Below, piece after piece: positions 16,937-26,164 of a DNA stretch of 45,790 nt. Source of the DNA: an uncultured Verrucomicrobiota bacterium (GTDB taxonomy: Bacteria > Verrucomicrobiota > Kiritimatiellia > CAIVKH01); the NCBI GenBank assembly GCA_964441655.1, contig CAYTVN010000002.1, forward strand, positions 1 to 45,790, in the 5' to 3' direction. The position numbers and the translations under genes are program-made. Position 1 is the stretch's first letter; every line of letters begins with the position of its first letter. The notes under the pieces were generated by a model. That model did not search any database. It was not told where the DNA came from and worked only from the letters and a program-made list of their open reading frames with translations.

Positions 16937-18598
16937 ATGGAACCCACGGCTAACCTCAGAAAGACAACCGACCGGATACTGGTGGTGGTCTTGGCCCTGA
17001 TTGCGCTGGGCTTCCGGCTGCTCGCAGCCCGGTCTGCGCATCCCGCGTGTGGCGACGCCCTGCACTTTATCGAATTTGGCTGGCGCCTGGCGCAGGGCGA
17101 TCTGACAGGTCTCTCAAATTATTGGAGCCAGGGCCAGATTCTGGTGGCCGCCGCGGCATTCCTGACCGGCCTCGATCCACAGTTGACCCTTCAAGCCACC
17201 ACCATGGCTGCCGGAACGCTCGCCGCATCGTTGCTTTACCTGCTGGCGCGGCGGCTGGATGCGTCGGTTCCAACCGCTGTGGTGGCGGGTTTGCTGGTGG
17301 CCATAAACCCGTTTCTCATCAACCTCTCCATCACCGGATACTCGGAAGTACCCTACCTGACCGGATGGCTGGCGGGATCTGTGTTTCTGCTGTCTGGCGG
17401 TGCGGGCTGGCGTCGCATTCTGACCGCCGTGCTGGCCGGGTTCGGTTTCGGCGCTTCGATCTACTTTCGTATGACGGATGCCATTATCTTGATTGGTTTG
17501 ACCCTGGCCAGCTATGGCGCGCTGGAGTGGTTGGTCAGGAAGTGCAGCCTCAAGACGGTCGCGGGCCGCCTTCTGTTGGTGACGGCGGTCATCCTCGTGG
17601 CATTAGCACCGCTTTCCTATCATGCCAAACGGGTCTCCGGTTCCTGGCTCCCCAGTTCTTCGAAGGTACACACCATCGTGATCGGCGCGGATGCGTATGA
17701 CTCGAAGTGGATGTATGGGCTAAACGTGGAGTATCCCTGGCAAAAGCGCGTGGCGGCCTATGAGCAGCAAGGCCTGGTGGGCTACCTGTGGGAGAATCGG
17801 GCGGACGTCATGCATCGTTCCGCGGGCAACCTGGCCAACATCGTTCGGCTTACCTCGGCAGATCTATTTCCGGCTACGGTACGGCTGGGGCCACTGGCCT
17901 TCCTCCTGGTTCTGGCCGGTTGCACGGTGGCCGCGCTGGCCGTTCGCAATTGGAAGGTGACCGTGCTGGCGTTGTTGTTGCTGGCGGCGCATTCGCTGGC
18001 CCTCTCGATCTATTTCATTTTCCCGCGTTACATGGCCACCACCGTCACGCTCCTCAGCTTGGTGCTCGCTGGTGGGGTGGGGGCCGTGCTGCAGTCATCC
18101 CTCGGGCGTGCGCGCGGAATTGCCGTGGGCGTTTGTATCGTCTATCTGGCGGTGACCGCGCGAGCTGCGGCCGATGCCTTCCATTTGGAGTTCATGTGGT
18201 ATCACTATGCGCGCTGGGTCGCGGTGGCGGATGATCTGGCCCCCCTGCTCAAGCCGGGTGAAGTGTTCATGGCCCAGGGAGCCAGCGTCATAGCACAACG
18301 TATGGGCATCTACGACCGGGAACGATTTCTGGAGGTGCCCTATGAGGACATGGACACCGTGGCGCGTTTGTGCGAGGAAAAGGGAGTGCGGTTGGTGGTC
18401 GCCTCGGATGGCGTGCGCCCGCATTGGCCCATCAGCGAAGCGGTGCGGAACAGCACCGCCCTTCCGCCGTCGTGGCGGGTGCTGCGGGAGTGGAAATTTG
18501 ATGGTGATCCCTGGGTAAATCCCAGCGAGCGCATGGTGCTTTTTGAGTATCAGCCCGAAAGGTTGCAGGTCGAGTCCTCCGAATCCGGTCGGCCATGA
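16937..18598 (+). CDS. GT-C-fold membrane glycosyltransferase (ArnT/PMT, GT39/83-like) with a C-terminal soluble domain
   Basis: At least 10 predicted TM helices. After TM1 comes an acidic loop motif 'GDALHFIEFG', shared with 38161.. and 42216... It sits next to a polyprenyl-P GT2. Confidence 0.8.
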   Translation: MEPTANLRKTTDRILVVVLALIALGFRLLAARSAHPACGDALHFIEFGWRLAQGDLTGLSNYWSQGQILVAAAAFLTGLDPQLTLQATTMAAGTLAASLLYLLARRLDASVPTAVVAGLLVAINPFLINLSITGYSEVPYLTGWLAGSVFLLSGGAGWRRILTAVLAGFGFGASIYFRMTDAIILIGLTLASYGALEWLVRKCSLKTVAGRLLLVTAVILVALAPLSYHAKRVSGSWLPSSSKVHTIVIGADAYDSKWMYGLNVEYPWQKRVAAYEQQGLVGYLWENRADVMHRSAGNLANIVRLTSADLFPATVRLGPLAFLLVLAGCTVAALAVRNWKVTVLALLLLAAHSLALSIYFIFPRYMATTVTLLSLVLAGGVGAVLQSSLGRARGIAVGVCIVYLAVTARAAADAFHLEFMWYHYARWVAVADDLAPLLKPGEVFMAQGASVIAQRMGIYDRERFLEVPYEDMDTVARLCEEKGVRLVVASDGVRPHWPISEAVRNSTALPPSWRVLREWKFDGDPWVNPSERMVLFEYQPERLQVESSESGRP

Positions 18599-19350
18599 CG
18601 AATATGAATACCAGCCATAAAACCAAACCATCCGCCCTCTACGACAATGCCTTCTTTGAGCCGTTTATCGAAGGCGCGGGTTTATCCGCAATGAAGATAT
18701 TCTCCGTACTCCATGAGTACTATCAACCGGAGCGTGCTGTGGATGTCGGGTGTGGACGGGGAGCCTGGGTGGCCGCGTTGCGCAAGTCGGGCGTGGGACA
18801 GGTGGTGGGCGTGGATGGAGATTATGTGGATACGGACGCGCTACTGTTCCCCAAGAGCGACTTTGTGCCGATGGATCTTCAGGCCCCCGTCGGGCTGGAC
18901 CAGAAGTTTGACCTGGCACTCTCCATGGAAGTAGCCGAACACCTTAATCCCACCTCATCGTCTGCCTTTGTGCGTTTTCTGGTTTCCCTCGCCCCGGTGG
19001 TTCTCTTTTCCGCGGCCATTCCCGGGCAGCCCGGGGTCGGGCACATCAATGCACGCTGGCCGTCGTTCTGGGTGCGCGAATTTGAAGCCCACGGCTACCT
19101 GGCCCTCGACTTTATCCGGCCCCGCCTCTGGCATGACGAATCGGTGTATTTGCATTACCGGCAAAATTCGCTGGTGTTTGTCTCCGCATCCGAACTGAGC
19201 GGAAATCCCAAGCTCGCGTCCCTGGTCAATCAACCCCGGGCCAATTGCCTGACCTTGGTGGACGAGGGAATAATTGAACAGCAAATGACATTGCGCGAAA
19301 CCTTTTCCCGCCTGCCGGGTCAACTCCGGCGCTGGCTGTTTCGGCCTTGA
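18595..19350 (+). CDS. class I SAM-dependent methyltransferase
   Basis: ATGA overlap with the upstream gene. Motif I 'AVDVGCGRGAWVAAL'; 'FDLALSMEVAEHL'. Confidence 0.85.
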   Translation: MTNMNTSHKTKPSALYDNAFFEPFIEGAGLSAMKIFSVLHEYYQPERAVDVGCGRGAWVAALRKSGVGQVVGVDGDYVDTDALLFPKSDFVPMDLQAPVGLDQKFDLALSMEVAEHLNPTSSSAFVRFLVSLAPVVLFSAAIPGQPGVGHINARWPSFWVREFEAHGYLALDFIRPRLWHDESVYLHYRQNSLVFVSASELSGNPKLASLVNQPRANCLTLVDEGIIEQQMTLRETFSRLPGQLRRWLFRP

Positions 19351-19391
19351 TGGATTACGTGCCCGCGAAATACCGCCTGGACTGACTGCCT

Positions 19392-20387
19392 ATGCATCCC
19401 AAATTTCTTGACCTGCTGTGCTGCCCCAAAACTGGTCAGCCCCTTTCGTTGCAGGCTGTAACCACCGATTCACATGGGTGTGTGATAGAGGGCTCACTTA
19501 CCTCGGTCGATGGGATTGTCTATCCGATCAAGGGGCGGGTTCCCCGCTTTGTGGACCAGGAATATTATAGCGGCAGTTTTGGTTACGAGTGGTCCCGGTG
19601 GCCCCGGGTTCAATTCGACTCGGAGAACGAAGGCGGCCCCATGGCCGGGGAAACGACACGGATGTGGGAGCGTATTACACTCTCCGAAGCCGAGGATTTG
19701 CGGGGCAAGTATTATGTGGAGTTTGGTTGCGGCCCCGGCCGGTTTCTCGATGTTGTGCGGCGAAAGGGCGGATATGCTGTTGGCATTGACATGAGTATTG
19801 CGGTCGAGGCGGCGGCCCGGAATTTTTCGGCCGACTCCGATGTCCTGATCGTGCAGGGCGATATCACCCGTCCGCCCTTCCGGGAGAATGTCTTTGATGG
19901 CGGGTTTACGATCGGCGTCCTTCATCACACGCCGGAGCCCGCCCAGGGTCTTCGCCAACTGGTCAAGGCCGTCAAGCCCGGTGGATGGATCGCCTGTGCC
20001 GTCTATCGCAAGGGCGGATTCTATGATCTGCCGTCGGTCCACCGGTACCGGCGCAATCATTTACGCATCCGCAAGTGGCTGGGAAATCGACCCGCCCTGT
20101 ATTACTCCTACTTTTCTGCGTACGTGTTGTATTTTCTGCATCTTTTTTTATACCGCCTGAAACTGGGTTCCATCGCCGAGTACCTGTACCGGAATTGGTT
20201 CGTGATCGTGGAGCACCCCAACGCCCGCTGGCGTGTGTTGGATACCTTTGACGCCATCACGCCGGAAATCGCCACCAATCATACCGGGGATGAAGTACGG
20301 ACCTGGTTTCAGGCGGCAGAATGCCGCGATATTCGCGATAGCAAATGGACGACCTCTGCATTGGTTGCCCGCAAACCGCTGGGCTGA
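19392..20387 (+). CDS. SAM-dependent methyltransferase with an N-terminal Trm112-like zinc-ribbon segment
   Basis: 'FLDLLCCPKTGQPL...GRVPRF' resembles a Trm112p-like motif. This is followed by 'YVEFGCGPGRFL', 'VQGDITRPPF' and 'GVLHHTPEP'. Confidence 0.85.
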   Translation: MHPKFLDLLCCPKTGQPLSLQAVTTDSHGCVIEGSLTSVDGIVYPIKGRVPRFVDQEYYSGSFGYEWSRWPRVQFDSENEGGPMAGETTRMWERITLSEAEDLRGKYYVEFGCGPGRFLDVVRRKGGYAVGIDMSIAVEAAARNFSADSDVLIVQGDITRPPFRENVFDGGFTIGVLHHTPEPAQGLRQLVKAVKPGGWIACAVYRKGGFYDLPSVHRYRRNHLRIRKWLGNRPALYYSYFSAYVLYFLHLFLYRLKLGSIAEYLYRNWFVIVEHPNARWRVLDTFDAITPEIATNHTGDEVRTWFQAAECRDIRDSKWTTSALVARKPLG

Positions 20388-20427
20388 GGGTGCGCCTCCG
20401 CAGGTTGCCCGCTCGCCCTGAACACGT

Positions 20428-21510
20428 GTGATCTACGCCATTCTTCATGATGTGCGCACCTATTGTGCGCGCTCGAGTTTCCCGCCCCTGCTGGAAAATC
20501 TCGATTGTCGTGTGGTGCCGTACCATGCCACGTGGGAAGCTGTACAGAGCAGAAGCTGGACCGCCGGGCATGCCTTGCGCCGGTGGGGGATGAATCATTA
20601 CGGCAGCGAGTGGAATTGGCTGGTCCCGTATGCCCATGAGTGGCTGCTGGCGCGGGCCACCCAGGCGGCCGGTCGGGGGGATGTCATTCACTTTCTCATG
20701 GCGGAGTTCGCATCGCCCCGCCATCCGCGCTGGTTCAACCGCCACGGGGCCCGACTGGTGGGCACCTTTCATTGTTCGGCACGCCGGTTGGAGCAGGTGC
20801 TGGGGCGGTATCGGTGCCTGTCTGCCTTCGACCGGATTTCGGTGATGTCCGCGTCGCAGGTTCCATTCTTTGTGGCCCGAGGCTATCCTGCGGACCGGAT
20901 ACAGGTGACGCTGCACGGGGTGGATTCCGACTATTTCCATCCCGGCACCCAACCACGCGAGCCCCGGTCAGACGGGGCCCTGCGCCTCTTGCTGGTCGGC
21001 TCCACGGAACGGGATCATGCCTTTGCCGCCAGGGTGATGCGGCAGGTGCAGGCCGAACCTTTTCATCTTGAAGTGCTGACATCGCCGGTCAATCGCCAGG
21101 CCTACGAAGGATTGCCGAATGTAACCTGTTTATCCGGCTTGAACGACGCCCAATTGGTGGAGGTCTATCGCAGGGCGGACCTTCTCTTTATGCCGGTATT
21201 GGATTGCACGGCCAATAATGCGGTGATGGAATCCATGTCGTGCGGAACGCCGGTGATGGCCAACCGCGCGGGTGGAATACCCGAGTACGTGAAGGCCGAC
21301 TGCAACTATCTGTTTGATCGGAAAGATGTGGATGAATGGGTGACCGCCTTGCGAAGGCTGAACGGGAACCGGGTGGAGTTGCTGGCTCGGCGCGCGGCGG
21401 TGCGGGCGTGGGCGGAGTCCTTGGACTGGCGCGTGGTAAAGAGCCAATATCTTGAGTTGTACGATGCAGTTTTAGCGCACGGACGATCAGCCGTGGGCGA
21501 GAGGAGATAA
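20428..21510 (+). CDS. glycosyltransferase family 4
   Basis: GTG start. C-terminal GT-B motifs 'LLFMPVLDCTANNAVMESMSCGTPVMANRAGGIPEYV'. Confidence 0.85.
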   Translation: MIYAILHDVRTYCARSSFPPLLENLDCRVVPYHATWEAVQSRSWTAGHALRRWGMNHYGSEWNWLVPYAHEWLLARATQAAGRGDVIHFLMAEFASPRHPRWFNRHGARLVGTFHCSARRLEQVLGRYRCLSAFDRISVMSASQVPFFVARGYPADRIQVTLHGVDSDYFHPGTQPREPRSDGALRLLLVGSTERDHAFAARVMRQVQAEPFHLEVLTSPVNRQAYEGLPNVTCLSGLNDAQLVEVYRRADLLFMPVLDCTANNAVMESMSCGTPVMANRAGGIPEYVKADCNYLFDRKDVDEWVTALRRLNGNRVELLARRAAVRAWAESLDWRVVKSQYLELYDAVLAHGRSAVGERR

Positions 21511-21515
21511 CCTGA

Positions 21516-22229
21516 ATGAAAAAGAATCTGAAACATTCCATGCTGAAATGGGCTCTTTCTAAAATTTACAGCGGCGAGGAGTTGGCCCCGTATGTGCGGG
21601 ACGACATTCTGGCCCAGGCCATGTTTGCCAAGGGCGTGTTTCAGTACCGGCCGCACCCGGAAATCTTTGGCCCCTTGATCTCCTCGAACTACGATCCGGT
21701 CCGGATGACCGTGCTGGCCGCCGCCATTCAACGCGTGCAAGATAATCGGATTGTCGGCAGTTTCGCCGAAGTCGGGGTATACCGCGGGGACACCAGCCGC
21801 ATCGTGCACGGCCTGGCTCCGGACCGAAAATATTACCTGTTTGATTCCTTCGAGGGTTTTGCTGAAGACCGGTCCACCGATGGCCGGTTCCGCGATACCT
21901 CGGTCGAGCAGGTGCTTAAAAAGTTGAACAACAGCCCGCAGGTGGTGCCGGTCAAAGGGTTTGTTCCAGGCACCTTCGGGCCTTATGCCGGGGAGACTTT
22001 CGCCCTGGTGATCATTGACCTCGATAAATATGAGGCGACCCGGGACAGCCTGGAATTCTTCCATCCCCGCCTGGCCCCCGGTGGCTACATCTTTTTCCAT
22101 GACTACAACTCGCCGGAATCCAATTGGGGGGTCAAGCGCGCGGTGGACGAGTATATGAAGAACAAGCCCGACGCCCTCCTGGATATCCCCGATCGTTGGG
22201 GCTCGCTGGCGCTGTGCAAAGCGAGATAG
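21516..22229 (+). CDS. TylF/MycF-family (macrocin-type) sugar O-methyltransferase
   Basis: GGAGA SD upstream. 'FAEVGVYRGDTSRIV', 'YLFDSFEGF', 'IIDLDKYEATRDSLEFFHPRLAPGGYIFFHDY'. Confidence 0.85.
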   Translation: MKKNLKHSMLKWALSKIYSGEELAPYVRDDILAQAMFAKGVFQYRPHPEIFGPLISSNYDPVRMTVLAAAIQRVQDNRIVGSFAEVGVYRGDTSRIVHGLAPDRKYYLFDSFEGFAEDRSTDGRFRDTSVEQVLKKLNNSPQVVPVKGFVPGTFGPYAGETFALVIIDLDKYEATRDSLEFFHPRLAPGGYIFFHDYNSPESNWGVKRAVDEYMKNKPDALLDIPDRWGSLALCKAR

Positions 22230-22232
22230 GCG

Positions 22233-24083
22233 ATGTGTGGAATAGCCGGAATTATTGATCACGCTCGGCCTGCTCCTGCGGACCTGCTGGGGCGCATGCT
22301 GGACCTCATCGTGCACCGGGGGCCGGATGACCAGGGTTCCCTTGTGCAGGGCCCGTGTGCCATGGGGATGCGCCGATTGAGCATCATTGACCTGGCGGGC
22401 GGTCACCAGCCGATTGCCAACGAGGATCGGACGGTCTGGGTGGTGTTTAATGGTGAAATCTACAACTACGTGGAGTTGCGGGCTGAGCTGGAGGCGCGCG
22501 GCCATGTATTCCAAACCCACACCGACACGGAAGTGCTGGTTCACGCCTATGAGGAATACGGGGATGATTTCCCGGCCCGGCTGAACGGCATGTTCGGCTT
22601 TGCCATCTGGGATCGTCGCCGCGAACGCCTGCTGTTGGCGAGGGATCATCTGGGCATCAAACCGCTCTATTGGTCGTACCGGGCCGGGCGTTTGGTCTTT
22701 GCTTCAGAACTGCGTTGCCTGCCCGCCGTCGGAGTGTCGCGCGAGCGTAACGACGCTGCGATTGCCGCCTATCTGCATCTCGGCTACATCCCACGCGAAC
22801 AATCGCCGTATCGGGACGCTCAGAAATTATTGCCGGGATGGCGACTGGTGCTGGAGAAGGGCGGAGTACCCGCGGTCGCCCCCTTTTGGCGCTTATCGGA
22901 TGCCTTTGACCGTGCGACGACACTTTCCGATGGTGCCGTGGCCGAGCAGGCAGCCTGGCTGCTACAGGATGCGGTACGGCTCCAGTTGCGGAGTGATGTT
23001 CCGGTGGGGACCTTCCTTTCCGGTGGGATTGATTCCAGCGGAATAACCGCTCTGGCGGCTCGGTTGGTGCCCACGCTGGATACCTTCGGGGTGGCGTTCC
23101 GCGACCACTATTTCGACGAAAGCGAATATGCCCGTCTGGTGGCCGGTCACTGCCGGACGCGGCACCATGAGCAGTCGGTTGATCCCGCCGCCCTGGTGGC
23201 CCATCTTGACACGCTGGCCACCTACATGGACGAACCGAATTCCGATCCGGCCCTGCTGCCCAGCTACCTGATCTGTAAATTCGCCAGAGAGCACGTCAAG
23301 GTGGTGTTGTCGGGCAACGGCGGGGATGAGGTGTTTGGCGGTTATGCGCGTCATTTGGATGCGCCCGCGCAGACCAGTGCCGTCGAAGCGTTCCGCCGAC
23401 GCCTGCCCGCCGGCTTGCGGTCCATTCTTTTGCCACTGGTGCGCGGTTTGGGCGATCGCTCCCGCGTGCGACGACTGATGACCGAGGCAGACGTGATGGG
23501 GATGTCGTACTGGGTGGAGCAGGCCCGGCCCCCGCTCGCGGATGCTGTGACGCCATGGGCCGTGCGGGACTTCTCCGCCCTGAACTGGATCGAGCACGTC
23601 TACGGAGAGATTCACGGCGCCGACTGGATCAATAGCCGGCTGTACTTTGATTCCACCAACTACATGGTGGACCAGGTGCTGAATATGCTCGACCGCGCCA
23701 GCATGGCGGTGTCACTCGAGGTGCGCGTGCCTCTGCTGGATGTGCGGCTGGTTGAATTCATGGCCTCGCTTCCGGGGCCGGCCAAGATCAAGGGAGGCGG
23801 TTCCGGAAAGGCCGTGCTCAAGCAGGCGCTGCGACCCTATCTGCCGGATGCCATTTTCACCCGCCGCAAACTCGGCTTCGGCATGCCGCTGGTGAATTGG
23901 ATTGTGGACGGAGCCCTGCGCGATCTGCTGGAGCAGTTGCCTTCGGGGCGATGCGCTCAAGCCGGTCTGTTGGATGGCAAGGCGCTGTCGCCGTTGCTGC
24001 GCAACCAGCAGATGTTGAAAGATCATTGGTCGTTTCTATGGAACCTGATGGTGTTGGAAATGTGGATGCGCAAGCACGGATGA
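22233..24083 (+). CDS. asnB: asparagine synthase (glutamine-hydrolysing)-like amidotransferase, copy 1
   Basis: N-terminal nucleophile 'MCGIAGI', 'RLSIIDL..GHQP', 'VFNGEIYNY'. PP-loop 'SGGIDSS'. 616 aa. Confidence 0.95.
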   Translation: MCGIAGIIDHARPAPADLLGRMLDLIVHRGPDDQGSLVQGPCAMGMRRLSIIDLAGGHQPIANEDRTVWVVFNGEIYNYVELRAELEARGHVFQTHTDTEVLVHAYEEYGDDFPARLNGMFGFAIWDRRRERLLLARDHLGIKPLYWSYRAGRLVFASELRCLPAVGVSRERNDAAIAAYLHLGYIPREQSPYRDAQKLLPGWRLVLEKGGVPAVAPFWRLSDAFDRATTLSDGAVAEQAAWLLQDAVRLQLRSDVPVGTFLSGGIDSSGITALAARLVPTLDTFGVAFRDHYFDESEYARLVAGHCRTRHHEQSVDPAALVAHLDTLATYMDEPNSDPALLPSYLICKFAREHVKVVLSGNGGDEVFGGYARHLDAPAQTSAVEAFRRRLPAGLRSILLPLVRGLGDRSRVRRLMTEADVMGMSYWVEQARPPLADAVTPWAVRDFSALNWIEHVYGEIHGADWINSRLYFDSTNYMVDQVLNMLDRASMAVSLEVRVPLLDVRLVEFMASLPGPAKIKGGGSGKAVLKQALRPYLPDAIFTRRKLGFGMPLVNWIVDGALRDLLEQLPSGRCAQAGLLDGKALSPLLRNQQMLKDHWSFLWNLMVLEMWMRKHG

Positions 24084-24108
24084 CCTTGGACGAAGGACCA
24101 GTCGACGC

Positions 24109-25050
24109 GTGAACGAAGAAGGCCACTATTCAGATTGCAGCACCGCCGCACCACGGGTTTCGGTGGTGGTGGGGACCTACAATTGTGCCGCTTTTCTGCC
24201 CGGTCTATGGGCCAGTTTGGCCGCGCAGACCTTCCGTGATTTCGAAGTCGTAGTGGTGGACGATGCGTCAACCGACGGAGCAACCCTGGCCGCCCTGGAG
24301 GAACGGGGGCCGCGCGTCCGCTTGATCCGGCGGACCCAAAACTCCGGGACCTGCGAATTACCCCGCTATCAGGGGGTCCAGGCCGCGCGCGCGCCGTTGT
24401 GCGCATTTCTGGACGCCGACGATCGCTGGGACCCGACTTTTCTGGAGCGTTGTGTGTCTTATCTGGATGCGCATGCGGAGGCCGCGCTGGTGCATACGTC
24501 CGTCCGGGTGATCGATGGCGAGGATCGCGTGCAGCGTATCCGCCATGAAGGTGTGCTGGAAACCATTCACAATTGGCCGCGGGCCTTGCTGGAGCACTGC
24601 TATATTACCATCAGCGCGGTGGTGGCACGGCGCGATCTCTGGTTGTCCGCCCTGACGGAGGAGGAGATCAACGATTTTGGGATGGATCAGGATTTCTTTC
24701 TGACCCTGGCCCGCCGTCATCCCATCGGATATCTCCCCGAAGTGCTGGCCTCCTACCGTCGTTCCGAGACCAGCGTCAGCGTGAAAAAGTGGAAGCGTGT
24801 TCCGCGCAATGTGCACACGCTGGAACGCATCTATCGCAAGGGACTGTGGGAAGGCGTGGTTTCGAGGCGGGAGATGGTGGCGATCCTGACTGCGGCGTAT
24901 CTGGAGGATGCACAGCATTGGCGCGGGATGGGCGAACCCGGCAAGGCCCTGTGGTTTATCCGGCAGGGTTTGCTGCATAACCTGTTCGCGCTGTCCCTTT
25001 GGAAGGAAGGCGCGAAGGCGCTGCTCCAGTTTCGGAAGGTAGCTTATTGA
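24109..25050 (+). CDS. glycosyltransferase family 2
   Basis: GTG start. 'VSVVVGTYNCAAFLPGLWASLAAQTFRDFEVVVVDDASTDG', 'FLDADDRW'. Confidence 0.85.
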   Translation: MNEEGHYSDCSTAAPRVSVVVGTYNCAAFLPGLWASLAAQTFRDFEVVVVDDASTDGATLAALEERGPRVRLIRRTQNSGTCELPRYQGVQAARAPLCAFLDADDRWDPTFLERCVSYLDAHAEAALVHTSVRVIDGEDRVQRIRHEGVLETIHNWPRALLEHCYITISAVVARRDLWLSALTEEEINDFGMDQDFFLTLARRHPIGYLPEVLASYRRSETSVSVKKWKRVPRNVHTLERIYRKGLWEGVVSRREMVAILTAAYLEDAQHWRGMGEPGKALWFIRQGLLHNLFALSLWKEGAKALLQFRKVAY

Positions 25051-26117
25051 CCGCGCGCTTGAATCGCCGCCCACCGCCGCTTGACGATGGCGGGGATTTG
25101 CCGGGAGAAACGGTGGATCCGGTGCAGTTGAAGGCGGTCGGCGAGGGTGACGGTATCCGGCAGATTGGCCGCGCGAATGTCTTCAATCAAGCTTGAGCGG
25201 TCCAACCACTCCTGCTGTACAAAAAATGTGTAATGAAGCGCAATTTGCCGACAATCAAGCACATGGTTTTGCCGGTTATCAGCCACCCACTGGCACCAGC
25301 CCGGTTCATCGTTCCACGGAATACCACCCATCTTCTGCCAGTGACGGTAGTCGTACCCAATGCATCCGATGGAGAAGGGGATGCTGAAAAGATGATAGGC
25401 GATGGGCGATGGGCGAGGACTCAATGGTCGGGTCGTGCCCACGTTGTCCGGTGTCTTTCGTCTATCGTCCAATGTCCCCAGTCTCTCTCGCTGCTGTTCG
25501 TTCGCCTCGGCTAAATTCAAGAATTTGCGGGTGGCCCATTCAGCCACGTAGGGGCTGTGCCAGGTGAGGCAGTCCCGCTGGGGCTGGGGGACGCATCCAA
25601 AGAGGCGTTGATGTTCCTCCAACAGTTCGGGATAAAATTGATGACACAGGATGTGCAAGCCGTAGGCGTTGTTGGGGAGCAGGGGGGTGATCAGTGCGAG
25701 ATCATCCCGGTCCCGGTTGGCCTCGTAGGCTTCCCACATCATACGGGCCCATCCCGGCGGCACAAACACGTCCTCGTCGGTCTTGGTGTAGAAACAGCCG
25801 GGGTACTTCTCGATACAGCGATTCTGCATGTCGGAGATGCCTTTGGGGCGGGTTCCGTCGCCGATGATCTTGTCGCATGCCACGGAGGGGTGTCCCTCGA
25901 TCCATGCGTCAATGAAGCGCATGTGGCTGGCCGTGACATCGTTGAGCAGGAACACCACCTTGTCAAAGACGGCGAAGCTGCCCCCTCGTTCGTGGAGGAG
26001 GAGATTAATGTCGACGCAATCTTCCCGATCTTTGGTCAGAACCATCAGAATTTTATTCACGCGCCAGACCATAGCCAAGATTCGCGCGTGATTCAATGCC
26101 ATGCCGGCGGTGTTCAT
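25044..26117 (-). CDS. hypothetical GT-A-like protein (DxD 'KTDEDVF'); start codon uncertain
   Basis: 357-aa minus-strand ORF whose 3' end overlaps the preceding + gene by 7 nt. 'KILMVLTKDRED' resembles a beta1 strand, and there is a 'TDED' motif. Alternative in-frame ATGs at 26102 and 26072. Confidence 0.65.
   Translation of the reverse strand: MNTAGMALNHARILAMVWRVNKILMVLTKDREDCVDINLLLHERGGSFAVFDKVVFLLNDVTASHMRFIDAWIEGHPSVACDKIIGDGTRPKGISDMQNRCIEKYPGCFYTKTDEDVFVPPGWARMMWEAYEANRDRDDLALITPLLPNNAYGLHILCHQFYPELLEEHQRLFGCVPQPQRDCLTWHSPYVAEWATRKFLNLAEANEQQRERLGTLDDRRKTPDNVGTTRPLSPRPSPIAYHLFSIPFSIGCIGYDYRHWQKMGGIPWNDEPGWCQWVADNRQNHVLDCRQIALHYTFFVQQEWLDRSSLIEDIRAANLPDTVTLADRLQLHRIHRFSRQIPAIVKRRWAAIQARGQ
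25391..25418. repeat. tandem heptamer array GATGATA GGCGATG GGCGATG GGCGAGG inside the minus-strand CDS
   Basis: Read directly. On the coding (minus) strand it reads CCTCGCC CATCGCC CATCGCC TATCATC and encodes ...SPRPSPIAYH... Confidence 0.55.
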
Positions 26118-26164
26118 CCGCGGCGGGCGTTGCGAAGACCCACTGCTTTTGCTAGGACTACCCG
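26118..26164. promoter_or_regulatory. 47-nt divergent intergenic region that must carry the promoter(s) for the minus-strand GT-A-like gene and/or the MBOAT-3 operon
   Basis: Positional argument only. It follows from the strand switch, and I could not identify a confident -35/-10 pair. Confidence 0.3.
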
